DNA of 64,000 bases from Obrimoposthia wandeli (taxonomy: Eukaryota), in the NCBI GenBank assembly GCA_977020255.1, contig CDROCS010003176.1, forward strand, positions 1 through 64,000. Direction: 5' to 3'. The notes under the pieces were generated by a model, which saw nothing but the letters and a program-made list of their open reading frames with translations, did no database searches and had not been told where the DNA came from. This document shows, one piece after another, positions 30,118 through 39,673 of this stretch. Numbering within the stretch: the stretch's first letter is position 1; each line of letters begins with the position of its first letter. A program made the translations under genes and the position numbers.

Positions 30118-30366
30118 TTAGCAGCATGATCATTATTATTCCAGAAAAAAATACGTTTATTTTTAGTCACTAAGCGATTCATCTCCATGAATAGCATTCC
30201 AGTATCATTCAAAAAATCTTCGATATCAGATAGTTAGGGCTCTAATCATTATCACTTTAATTATTTTGCTCACTTCACACTTCCAACTCTCTACCAGTGC
30301 TTAAGCTGTGCATTTTTTAGCCCCTTAAGTGCTTAAAATATAGGCTGAAATCAGTAATAAAAAAGC

Positions 30367-30392
30367 AAAAAAAATGGACCCTATTGGGTCCA
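30367..30392 (-). terminator. Intrinsic terminator after the DUF2913 gene
   Basis: A8-TGGACCC-tatt-GGGTCCA. Confidence 0.75.
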
Positions 30393-30421
30393 CTTTGATT
30401 TGTACTCTAATGAATTTACAC

Positions 30422-31075
30422 TTACAGATTGCGTGTTGGCAATTCTGGCAGTTGCTCACCATTGTTGGATGGATATATTACAAATTCACCGTGATACTTC
30501 ACCTTCGATTTGTAATCTGTCACTTTAAAAAGTAACAAGCCAGATGAAAATGCAATATCAATAAACGGCTGAATGTTCCCGCGCACATACAATGATAACT
30601 GTTTTAACAATTCACCCTGCTCATCAAAGGCATTTTGATATTGCTTACTGCATACAACTAATGATGCCTGTCCGTCTGTAAAGTGTGTCACCTTACGGTT
30701 CACTTCAAACTCTTGTGTGATAAGCCAGTCATCGCGCTCTAGCGCAGTATAAAACGCCTGAAGTGTTGCTTGTGTTACATACTCTGCTTCACCATCCGCA
30801 TTTTTTACACCCGCCAATGTTTCAGCTAAGCACTCAAAATTCAATTTCAGTTGGGCATTCTTTCCCATACTGCGACTTTGCTGTTGCCACATCATCAAGG
30901 TTTTTACGACGCTACGATCAAAGCTTTGCTGCTTAATCGATTTTGTCACCCATGCACTCAAATAATGCGCTTCACTGACTGGGTTTCGAGGTGTTTTACC
31001 TGATGCTTGTGATAATTCCAACGCATTCAAACCGAATGTGACCACTTTGTAGATTTCTTGAGAGTAAATTGCCAT
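30422..31075 (-). CDS. DUF2913 family protein
   Basis: AAGGA RBS before ATG at 31075; PVSEAHYLSAWVTKSIKQQ.F and VKYHGEFVIYP resemble the Vibrionaceae DUF2913 family. Confidence 0.65.
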   Translation of the reverse strand: MAIYSQEIYKVVTFGLNALELSQASGKTPRNPVSEAHYLSAWVTKSIKQQSFDRSVVKTLMMWQQQSRSMGKNAQLKLNFECLAETLAGVKNADGEAEYVTQATLQAFYTALERDDWLITQEFEVNRKVTHFTDGQASLVVCSKQYQNAFDEQGELLKQLSLYVRGNIQPFIDIAFSSGLLLFKVTDYKSKVKYHGEFVIYPSNNGEQLPELPTRNL

Positions 31076-31168
31076 GTTATTCCTTTGCATAAGCGCTTAA
31101 TCATGGCTGTGATTAAGCACGTATCATTTTTATATATTAGGTTTTAGATTCAACTGCATCGCTAAAGG

Positions 31169-32359
31169 TTATGCATTTTTTGCAAGCAACCAGTAAAACG
31201 CAGCAGATAATACAGAACACAGAGCCATTGTTGCTGCCATCGGCCATACAGTCGAGTTATGCAGCAAGGCGACAGTACCACTTACTACGGTACCCGTACC
31301 AAAACGTAATGTACCGGCTAATGAAGATGCAGTACCTGCCATATGCGGGTATTTAGATAATAAGCATGCCATGGTATTACTACCAATGATCGAGATAGTA
31401 CCCACGAAAAGCATGACAGGAACCACGACTCCCCACAAGCCAAGATTAAACACTTGTCCAACGATTAATCCGATACCGGCAATGAGCTGTACAATCAAAC
31501 CGAAACGTAACATCCAGTGTGATCCTACTTTTTTCACCATTCGACCGTTTATGCTTGTCATCAAAATTAAGCAAAGCACATTAAGACCAAATAAATAACC
31601 AAAGTTTTGGGTACTGACATGGTAAATATCGATATAAACAAACGAGCCAACGGTCAGAAAGGTAAACATACCCGCGAAAGAGAAACCGCTACAAAATACC
31701 AAACCAACAGCCGTTGGTGTGGTCATTAGCTTGGCATAATTTCTGAACGTTGAACCAATATGGAAAGGTAAGCGCTTTTCAACCGCTAACGTTTCTGGAA
31801 TTTTCCATACCACAGCAATAATAACCAATACTGCACATATCGCGAGCAACCAGAAAATAGAACGCCAGCCAAACCAAATTGACATATAACCGCCAATCAT
31901 TGGTGCTGCAAGTGGTGCTATCGTCATTACCAACGTAACAAAAGACATAGTACGAGCAAACTCATCGCGCTCAAACATATCTCTTACTAAGGCCTGAATA
32001 ATCACAGCAGCAGAGGCACCAGCAAAACCTTGTGCCGCACGGAACCACATAAGCTCATGAATATTTGTACTTAACGCACTCATCACCCCAGCAATAGTAA
32101 AAAATACAATGCCAATGATAAGAATAGGACGACGACCATAACTGTCTGCTAATGGCCCGTGTAATAATTGTCCGATAGCAAAGCCAGCGGTATAAGCGGT
32201 TAATGTCGCTTGAACTAAACTTGGCGACACCATTAGATCTTTGGCGATCGCAGGCATCGCAGGCAAATACATGTCGATAGCGAGCGGGGTTAGCGCCGCA
32301 ATCGCACCCAAAATAATAATAAGTTGCAGGCTCAGTCGTTGACTGTCTTGTTGGGTCAT
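31169..32359 (-). CDS. bcr: Bcr/CflA MFS efflux transporter
   Basis: LTPLAIDMYLPAMP, GPLADSYGRRP; adjacent to rsuA as in enterobacteria. Confidence 0.9.
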   Translation of the reverse strand: MTQQDSQRLSLQLIIILGAIAALTPLAIDMYLPAMPAIAKDLMVSPSLVQATLTAYTAGFAIGQLLHGPLADSYGRRPILIIGIVFFTIAGVMSALSTNIHELMWFRAAQGFAGASAAVIIQALVRDMFERDEFARTMSFVTLVMTIAPLAAPMIGGYMSIWFGWRSIFWLLAICAVLVIIAVVWKIPETLAVEKRLPFHIGSTFRNYAKLMTTPTAVGLVFCSGFSFAGMFTFLTVGSFVYIDIYHVSTQNFGYLFGLNVLCLILMTSINGRMVKKVGSHWMLRFGLIVQLIAGIGLIVGQVFNLGLWGVVVPVMLFVGTISIIGSNTMACLLSKYPHMAGTASSLAGTLRFGTGTVVSGTVALLHNSTVWPMAATMALCSVLSAAFYWLLAKNA

Positions 32360-32439
32360 AATTTCACTATACTATGTGCCATCTAGAAGGTAGCAGAATG
32401 GAAGATAAAGAAAGTTATTGTACGATACTCTATTAACGT

Positions 32440-32497
32440 TATACCTCACGACCTCAATATACAGTATTCAGAGTGATCTTGAGGTAACTTGGTACAC
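32440..32497. repeat. Repeat family 1, short copy with both degenerate termini
   Basis: TATACCTCACGACCTCAATAT ... ATCTTGAGGTAACTTGGTAC. Confidence 0.65.
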
Positions 32498-32559
32498 GTA
32501 ATAAAAAAGCATAACAAGATAGGAAATCTACGTTATGCCTTAGATTTTAGCTCAATACA

Positions 32560-33258
32560 TTACTTTTTCAGAAAAGAAGCAATCTCTTCTTCTGTTAAGC
32601 GACGGTATTCACCTGGTTTTAAGTTTTCATCAAGAACAACAGCACCTACTTGCTCACGATGAAGGCTAACAACTCGGTTACCTACAGCGGCAAACATACG
32701 CTTAACTTGATGATATTTACCTTCAGTGATCGTTAGTATTGCTTCACGCTCACTTAAAATTTCTAATTTAGCTGGGCGAGTAATATCTTTCTCACCGCGC
32801 AGCTGAACGCCTTCTAAAAACGTTTGAATCGTTTCTTCAGGTACGGGGTCTGCCAGCTCAACATGGTATACCTTTGCACAAACATGACGAGGAGAAGTCA
32901 CACGGTGTGACCATTGACCATCATCAGTTAATAACGTTAACCCTGTTGTATCATTATCTAAACGCCCTGCAACGTGCATTTTTTCAGGGCTTACTTCATC
33001 AAACAAAACGAACACGGTAGGGTTATGATCATCTACGTGTGAACAGACAAAACCTTCAGGCTTGTTCAGCATGAAGTATTGCGGCCCTTGTAAGGCTAGT
33101 TTTTTGCCATTAAATTCAACATCGCAATCGTCGGTGATCTTCAGTGAAGCGCTCTTAACAATGCTGCCATTCACTTCAATCATTTTATTACTTAATAGTC
33201 GACCAGCTTCTTTACGAGTAATACCTAAAGTGGTAGCTAAGAATTTATCAAGCCTCAT
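32560..33258 (-). CDS. rsuA: 16S rRNA pseudouridine(516) synthase
   Basis: MRLDKFL S4 domain, LNKPEG, AGRLD.DTTGL, ITEGKYHQVKRMF; start moved to ATG 33258. Confidence 0.95.
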   Translation of the reverse strand: MRLDKFLATTLGITRKEAGRLLSNKMIEVNGSIVKSASLKITDDCDVEFNGKKLALQGPQYFMLNKPEGFVCSHVDDHNPTVFVLFDEVSPEKMHVAGRLDNDTTGLTLLTDDGQWSHRVTSPRHVCAKVYHVELADPVPEETIQTFLEGVQLRGEKDITRPAKLEILSEREAILTITEGKYHQVKRMFAAVGNRVVSLHREQVGAVVLDENLKPGEYRRLTEEEIASFLKK

Positions 33259-33568
33259 TACGGGCTCCGCGTGTAACAAAAGGGACGGCATTATAAAAAG
33301 CCCGCGCCTAACTTGCATTAAAAACTTACGAATTATAACCAACTAAGTGAAATTCAATTTTTTGAGTCAAAATTTTCGCTTTTTTTTAAAATCTATAGCT
33401 AAGCTCAAAAAGCTGAACATTTTTGTCATATATGGGTCTTATAACAGTAGACTCATTACACAGTTGTTACGTATAACCTGTATGCTACTAACGTTACTCA
33501 ATAACCAAAAAAGAGTGATACTGGTTACTAATCAAAATAATGATACGCCTTATAACAAAGGTCTAATT

Positions 33569-34063
33569 ATGAATATATCTCTTATTGCGCCAAGCTCGTC
33601 GTCTGTAGACATGCTAATGAAACTCATTGAAGAACTTTTTGCTTATGAAGCTCTGCCTCAAAAAATAGAGCAGACTAATCATGCAGTTAACCAACTAATC
33701 AGCAATCCAGAACTTGGGCAGGCATGGTTGATTGAAGTTGAGCATGAAGGTGAGAAAATCATCGCTGGCCATATCATCGTCAGCTACAGTTTTAGCCTTG
33801 AATACGGTGGCCGTGTTGGGCTTATCGACCAATTTTACCTAAAACCTGATTGGCGCCAACAAGGGATAGGCACAGCGTTAATTCCGCAAATTGAGCATCA
33901 TATGGCGCAATCAGGAATCCACGCGCTTTCACTAGAAGTTAATATTGGTAACGCCGGTGCTCGTAGCTTCTATGAAAGGCATGATTACGTTCCTCGTCGA
34001 CAGTTTTGTATGATGACAAAAGTGATTATCCCTACTGAAATCCCTTTGAATATCGCCTCTTAG
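33569..34063 (+). CDS. GNAT family N-acetyltransferase
   Basis: FYLKPDWRQQGIGT acetyl-CoA motif, N.GARSFYER; start moved to ATG 33569. Confidence 0.85.
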   Translation: MNISLIAPSSSSVDMLMKLIEELFAYEALPQKIEQTNHAVNQLISNPELGQAWLIEVEHEGEKIIAGHIIVSYSFSLEYGGRVGLIDQFYLKPDWRQQGIGTALIPQIEHHMAQSGIHALSLEVNIGNAGARSFYERHDYVPRRQFCMMTKVIIPTEIPLNIAS

Positions 34064-34150
34064 GCTGCAAAGACTTAAGTGTAAGGCTCATTACATTACT
34101 ATTATTTATGAGCCTTACTCTATCGCTTCTATGCCTAAGTTACCTAATCG

Positions 34151-35221
34151 CTAACGATGCACATGGCTTTCTTTAACTGTTCCATTTTTCGTCAAGTAAT
34201 TTTTCTTCATCTTCAACGTAAAGTTCACAAGCGCGATCAATACTGGTACTTCAACAAGTGGGCCAATAACCCCTGCAAATGCTTCTGGTGAGTTCAAACC
34301 AAACACTGCGATGGATACAGCAATCGCCAATTCAAAGTTATTACCTGTCGCGGTATACGCTATGGATGCATTCTTATCAAACGGCACACCCATCTTTTTC
34401 GCAGTAAAAAAGCTGATCAAAAACATCAATACAAAGTAGATAACCAATGGAACAGCCACCAGCACAACTTGCATTGGTAATTCAACAATCATCTCGCCTT
34501 TCAAGCTAAACATCAGAACGATGGTGGCTAATAGCGCAATTAACGTAATAGGTGAAATAGCAGGAATATACTTCTCGGTGTACCACTGCTCCCCTTTCTT
34601 CGCGACCAATATTTTGCGGCTAAGAAAACCAGCAATGAACGGAATACCAAGATAAATAAAGACGCTTTTTGCAATATCACCAATCGAAATGTCTACCAAT
34701 TGGCCTTTAACACCAAAGTAAGGTGGCAGCACTGTTATAAATAACCATGCCATAAAACTGTATGTCACAATTTGGAACATGCTATTCAGCGCCACTAATG
34801 CTGCAGCGTACTCTTTATTGCCGCCACCTATGTCATTCCATACCAGCACCATTGCGATGCAACGCGCTAGACCGATTAAAATGACGCCGGTCATTAAACT
34901 TGGGTGATCACCTAAGAAGATGACTGCCAGCGCAAACATCAAAATCGGACCGACTAACCAGTTCATCACAAGTGACAACGTAATGGCTTTCTTATCTTCC
35001 AATACCTTGCCCATTAAACTGTAATCCACTTTAGCCAAAGGTGGATACATCATTAAAATAAGGCCAATCGCTAACGCTATATTCGTTGTACCTATCGACA
35101 ACGATGCATTCCAACTCGCAATAGCATCAGGAAAAGAGACGCCCAAAACAACACCCACAGCCATTGCTATGAATATCCACAATGTTAAAAATCTATCGAG
35201 AAAACCTAGTTTAGGTTGCAT
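34151..35221 (-). CDS. acr3: ACR3 arsenite efflux transporter
   Basis: LGFLDRFLTLWI, LMMYPPLAKV, GLARCIAMVLVWN, GNNFELAIAV, IGPLVEVPV; GAGG RBS before ATG 35221. Confidence 0.93.
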   Translation of the reverse strand: MQPKLGFLDRFLTLWIFIAMAVGVVLGVSFPDAIASWNASLSIGTTNIALAIGLILMMYPPLAKVDYSLMGKVLEDKKAITLSLVMNWLVGPILMFALAVIFLGDHPSLMTGVILIGLARCIAMVLVWNDIGGGNKEYAAALVALNSMFQIVTYSFMAWLFITVLPPYFGVKGQLVDISIGDIAKSVFIYLGIPFIAGFLSRKILVAKKGEQWYTEKYIPAISPITLIALLATIVLMFSLKGEMIVELPMQVVLVAVPLVIYFVLMFLISFFTAKKMGVPFDKNASIAYTATGNNFELAIAVSIAVFGLNSPEAFAGVIGPLVEVPVLIALVNFTLKMKKNYLTKNGTVKESHVHR

Positions 35222-35262
35222 ATTAGCCTCACTCACAACTTGAATATTCATTTAAAATCGTC

Positions 35263-35366
35263 AATCGTCGAAATACGATTAGACAAGACAAAAAAACATA
35301 CACTCATCGTCTTTTAACGATTAATATACGCCTTTCTCATACCGGATCAATCGTTAATTGACGATT
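35263..35366. promoter_or_regulatory. Three phased AATCGT-N6-ACGATT inverted repeats upstream of acr3
   Basis: 35263-35280 AATCGTcgaaatACGATT; 35305-35322 cATCGTcttttaACGATT; 35349-35366 AATCGTtaattgACGATT. Confidence 0.7.
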
Positions 35367-35528
35367 AACTATAATTACCTCTGAAATACCCCTCGCTCAC
35401 TTAATTCTTATTCATCGATAATCAATTTATTACGTAACCTTTTACGCAATGATAACGCCGCTTTCTTATCGCCATCAGCCTTATTTATCGTTACACTGAT
35501 AAACTGTTTTATGTGCATTATCGAGTTT

Positions 35529-37292
35529 ATGTATACCCTTCGTCCTTATCAACAAGACAGCGTGAAAGCGACTGTTCATTACTTTCGTAAACACACCAGC
35601 CCAGCCGTTTTAGCATTACCAACTGGCGCAGGTAAAAGCCTTATCGTGGCTGAATTAGCACGTATTGCGCGTGGTCGAGTATTAGTGCTAACGCATGTGA
35701 AAGAGCTTGTTGAACAAAATCATGCAAAATATGAGAGCTATGGTTTAAAAGCTTCTATTTTCTCTGCAGGATTAGGGCGAAAAGAGACAGATCAACAGGT
35801 TGTATTTGCCTCGGTGCAATCAATGGCCAATAGTTTAGAACTGTTTGCTAATGAGTTTTCATTACTGGTTATTGATGAATGCCACCGGGTACCTGACGAT
35901 GAAAACAGTGCGTATCGTCGTGTAATCACTCATGTTCAAAGTATTAACCCTGGCATCAAAATTTTAGGGTTAACGGCGACGCCTTATCGATTGGGTACGG
36001 GGTGGATTTATAAATACCACACCCGTGGGCAAGTAAAGACTGAACAAGAACGCTTCTTTCGTGATTGCATTTTCGAGCTTCCTATTCGCTATTTGTTGGA
36101 TGAAAACTTCCTAACAGAACCCAAAATGATGGATATGGCGGTTATCGGGTACGACTTTTCTAGCTTAACGCCCTCTGCATCGGGGAATTATCGTGAAGCG
36201 GATTTAGACGGTATTATCGAAAAATCATCTCGTGCGACACCTATGATTATTGAGCAAGTTATTGACTATTCGAAAGATCGTAAAGGTGTCATGATCTTTG
36301 CTTCTACTGTTAATCATGCCCAAGAAATTCTTGGTTACCTTGCTCATGAAAATGCTGCATTGGTTGTTGGCGATACACCATTAGACGAACGCGACCGCAT
36401 CATTAATGCATTCAAACGCCAAGAAATTAAATACCTTGTAAATGTATCGGTACTCACAACAGGTTTTGATGCGCCACATGTCGACTTAATAGCAATATTA
36501 CGCCCAACAGAATCCATCAGCTTGTATCAACAAATAGTCGGACGTGGCTTACGTTTATCTGAAGGTAAAAAAGATTGCCTAATCTTAGAATATGCTGGTA
36601 ACTGCTACGATTTGTACCAACCCGAAGTCGGCGATCCTAAGCCCAACAGCGACAGTGAAGTGATTATGGTTCCCTGCCCTGCTTGCGGATTCAATAACAG
36701 CTTTTGGGGTAAACTCGATCCTGCTGGATTTTTGGTTGAACATTATGGTCGTCGTTGCCAAGGTTATTTTGAAGACGATGACACAGGCGAACGTGAAGAA
36801 TGTGGCTATCGTTTTCGGGCTAAATATTGTGAAGAATGCGGCGCAGATAACGACATAGCCGCTCGTCGTTGCCATCAATGTAATGCGGTGATGGTTGACC
36901 CAGACAAAAAACTGCGTGATGCATTAAAGCTGAAAGATGCCATGATCATGAAGTGTACCGATTTTCGTTTAGAGCCAGGAAAAAACAAATTTGATAAACC
37001 CCAGCTTAAAGTAATTTATGTGAGTGATGAAGGGGCTGAAATTAGCGAAGTATGGCCACTATCCAACAAAACGCAGAAAGAAAATTTTTTAAAGAAATTC
37101 ATTAATCCTCACCTTGTTGATCGCCATCGTCCGTTTACCGATACAGCACCAACAAAAGTGGCAAATAACGAGCACCGCTTACGCCCACCAGAAATTGTTA
37201 TCGCGAGAAAAAGTGGTCGTTTTTGGGCTATCCGAGACAAACTATTTGATTTAGACCAATATCAAAAAGTCGAAGTACCAGCCGCGTTATAA
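35529..37292 (+). CDS. radD: DEAD/DEAH-box helicase RadD (YejH)
   Basis: LRPYQ, LPTGAGKS, DECH, GLTATP, QIVGRGLR, C-terminal Cys zinc fingers; start moved to ATG 35529. Confidence 0.93.
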   Translation: MYTLRPYQQDSVKATVHYFRKHTSPAVLALPTGAGKSLIVAELARIARGRVLVLTHVKELVEQNHAKYESYGLKASIFSAGLGRKETDQQVVFASVQSMANSLELFANEFSLLVIDECHRVPDDENSAYRRVITHVQSINPGIKILGLTATPYRLGTGWIYKYHTRGQVKTEQERFFRDCIFELPIRYLLDENFLTEPKMMDMAVIGYDFSSLTPSASGNYREADLDGIIEKSSRATPMIIEQVIDYSKDRKGVMIFASTVNHAQEILGYLAHENAALVVGDTPLDERDRIINAFKRQEIKYLVNVSVLTTGFDAPHVDLIAILRPTESISLYQQIVGRGLRLSEGKKDCLILEYAGNCYDLYQPEVGDPKPNSDSEVIMVPCPACGFNNSFWGKLDPAGFLVEHYGRRCQGYFEDDDTGEREECGYRFRAKYCEECGADNDIAARRCHQCNAVMVDPDKKLRDALKLKDAMIMKCTDFRLEPGKNKFDKPQLKVIYVSDEGAEISEVWPLSNKTQKENFLKKFINPHLVDRHRPFTDTAPTKVANNEHRLRPPEIVIARKSGRFWAIRDKLFDLDQYQKVEVPAAL

Positions 37293-37316
37293 CTTATTTT
37301 ATAGGGTAAAAAGCTA

Positions 37317-37345
37317 AACATTGGGCACTGTAGGTGCCCAATGTT
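37317..37345. terminator. 12-bp hairpin between convergent radD and the diheme gene
   Basis: AACATTGGGCAC-tgtag-GTGCCCAATGTT; no clear U-tract. Confidence 0.55.
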
Positions 37346-37380
37346 CGCAGTACTAAACTAACGTTGAATTAGCTCACTTT

Positions 37381-38874
37381 TTATCGAATATATCGGCTTC
37401 TGATATATTCTCTGTAACTGTAAATAGGTGCTTCCTGTTCATACTCTTCTTCATCGTTATGCTCTAAACGACTTTTATCATAAGTATATGGTAGGTACAC
37501 ACTTGGCGGTTCAACGCTTGTTGTATCGCTTAGTGTTTTCAAATAAGAGACTAATGCAGCCTCTTGATCATCGTCCAAACCAAGATCACCAACAGCAAAC
37601 CCTGCAAAATTGTCACTTATCTCAGGCGTTGGCCAACAATCTTCAGCTATAGCTTGTTCAGCAGTAATATACTCGTTAGAACATGTTGCTTTCACAGTAG
37701 CCGTATTATAGAAATGGACAAGTTGCTCTAACGATTTAAACCAACCATTATGGGTATAGGCTTTAACAAAAGAAGGGGATGGTCGTTTATCCACATTACG
37801 CAACGTCGGTACTTTATGTTCACCTCTATGATTTTCTTGCGAAGTTGTGGCAAATAAACCTACATCAGGTGCTGGGTCATTAGGGATTTTATGATTCCTT
37901 GGTACTCCGATGTTAAAATAGCCATCATTGGTGTAACGTTCAAATTCCCCAACACCGTTATCATTTCCGCTCTGGTGGCAAAATAAACAACTAGCCCCTC
38001 CTCGAAATTGAGGAGTATAAAAAAGATCATGCCCTTCATTTTCCTGATCAGTGAAATCATCTAATGGGAATAAGCCATCATAATCATTCTTTAATGCTAT
38101 ATCTCTTTTAGAATCAAAGCGGTTGTTATCGCTAGACATTTGCCAAGCAGATAAGGCGACTGCAAATCTCGCAAATATCTCATCCGCTTTACCATAACTA
38201 CAGCGAAGGTGCTCTCCCCAAGCGTATTGGTATAACTGTCTACCCCATGTCGTTCCTCTAACCTGCAGACAGACTTTAAACTTATCTTCCTTTGCCTGTT
38301 CTACTGGATTAATAAATGGGCTTGCATGTGCCTGATCAGCAACGGGACCTAAATATTTCTTGTACATCGTTTCGTATTTACTATTCAAACCAGCAAATAC
38401 ATCAATATTATGCACAGTTTCAATTAAATCACCTTCAGCACGACCATTCCAGAATGCTCCACCACATGGTGCGCCACCTCCGAAACCAGGACAAGCCACG
38501 TCAAAAAGTTCTAATCCTTCAGGGTCTCCCACCTCATTTAAAAATTGGGCATATTTATTTGTAGGTGGCTTAAGATTACCAACGCCAAAACCATCAGATC
38601 CTGTTACTGCAACTTGTCCCTCGTTTGTTTCTGAATCACCGTTAGTACCACCAGTATCTGCGGTATGACACGTTGAACATGCCATATTTCTTCTTAAAGA
38701 AATTTTTTCAAAAAATAGACGTTTACCCATTTCTTCCAGATATGTCATATCCTCATCGGCTGCATTTGCTGTACTAGGTAAAAAACTCACACCAAGCATT
38801 AGACCTATAACAGCACTATAATGCTGTATGCTTTTTTTCTTTTTTAGCATTGTATTGATTAAGAATTCATTCAT
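37381..38874 (-). CDS. Diheme cytochrome c peroxidase/MauG superfamily protein
   Basis: Signal peptide; heme motifs CSTCH and CLFCH; GKRLFF, FWNGRA, KVPTLRNV, AYTHNG. Confidence 0.85.
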   Translation of the reverse strand: MNEFLINTMLKKKKSIQHYSAVIGLMLGVSFLPSTANAADEDMTYLEEMGKRLFFEKISLRRNMACSTCHTADTGGTNGDSETNEGQVAVTGSDGFGVGNLKPPTNKYAQFLNEVGDPEGLELFDVACPGFGGGAPCGGAFWNGRAEGDLIETVHNIDVFAGLNSKYETMYKKYLGPVADQAHASPFINPVEQAKEDKFKVCLQVRGTTWGRQLYQYAWGEHLRCSYGKADEIFARFAVALSAWQMSSDNNRFDSKRDIALKNDYDGLFPLDDFTDQENEGHDLFYTPQFRGGASCLFCHQSGNDNGVGEFERYTNDGYFNIGVPRNHKIPNDPAPDVGLFATTSQENHRGEHKVPTLRNVDKRPSPSFVKAYTHNGWFKSLEQLVHFYNTATVKATCSNEYITAEQAIAEDCWPTPEISDNFAGFAVGDLGLDDDQEAALVSYLKTLSDTTSVEPPSVYLPYTYDKSRLEHNDEEEYEQEAPIYSYREYIRSRYIR

Positions 38875-39334
38875 TGCATCCCCCTGCTATTAACCTAAAC
38901 CTCAAACAATTGGTAATAATTAAAAATGGTATATACACACTCAACCAAATAAAACCAACAGATTGAAATTAGCACATTAAATCATTACAACTAACGTCAA
39001 CACCTATAATTCTCACACAAAAGACAGGGTTTAATAATCAATAATTAAATAGGGCGGGCACAGTTTCACAACTAACAACAAAATATGGCTAAACTAAAAA
39101 TGCAAATCAATCACAAAACAAAAAAAACTAATAAAAACAATGCAAAAAACAGAGTTTCCCATTTAAAATAATTCGAAACTCATTTTGAGTTTGTATTAAA
39201 AACAATAAGTAATTCTCATTTCTTAGTTATTACCCCCACCCTCTCACTTTTAAAAATTAAATATAGAAGCCACAATCATAAAAAATAATACCCAAAAAGT
39301 ATTACTCGGAATTTTCTTTAAGGAAAAACGTATT

Positions 39335-39363
39335 TATTAACCTATTAACCTATTAACCTATTA
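39335..39363 (+). repeat. TATTAACC tandem repeat (about 3.6 units)
   Basis: TATTAACC x3 plus TATTA. Confidence 0.8.
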
Positions 39364-39605
39364 GATATTTAATTTAAAAATGCATTTCCAATGATGTATT
39401 CTGGCTTCATTATTTTTCACTCTACAAAAATAAACCTTTCCTATGTATACAATACACATTTTTAAGCTTAGATTAGTCTCGAATGAATCTAAAGCAATTA
39501 ACAGTAAGTTCTGACGGTAATGGCAAAAGGCAAAGTACTATTCAAACAAGGGGGATATTATATAAATGGCACGTTTGAATAATTGCTTTTTTATCACTTT
39601 TACAG

Positions 39606-39630
39606 AAAAACCGCATCAAACGATGCGGTT
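39606..39630 (-). terminator. Intrinsic terminator after the heme receptor gene
   Basis: A5-CCGCATC-aaac-GATGCGG. Confidence 0.8.
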
Positions 39631-39673
39631 ATTAGACCTTAGGTTCAAGCTATTAGCTGCATTGAACTATCAA

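Noticed and set aside
33569-34063. GNAT as an ArsN-type arsenic-resistance gene
   Set aside because: Convergent with acr3 rather than co-transcribed, and no ArsN-specific feature recognised
33342-35511. Long N-terminal extensions in the ORF track (rsuA 33342, GNAT 33347, acr3 35251, radD 35511; likewise rplY, trmY, alx, yjjI)
   Set aside because: Upstream in-frame starts lack an RBS; downstream starts match the family N-termini and have SD sequences in most cases
39505-39560. c-di-GMP-I riboswitch-like GGCAAA motif
   Set aside because: No GNRA tetraloop/receptor or P1-P2 pairing, and wrong orientation for the diheme gene
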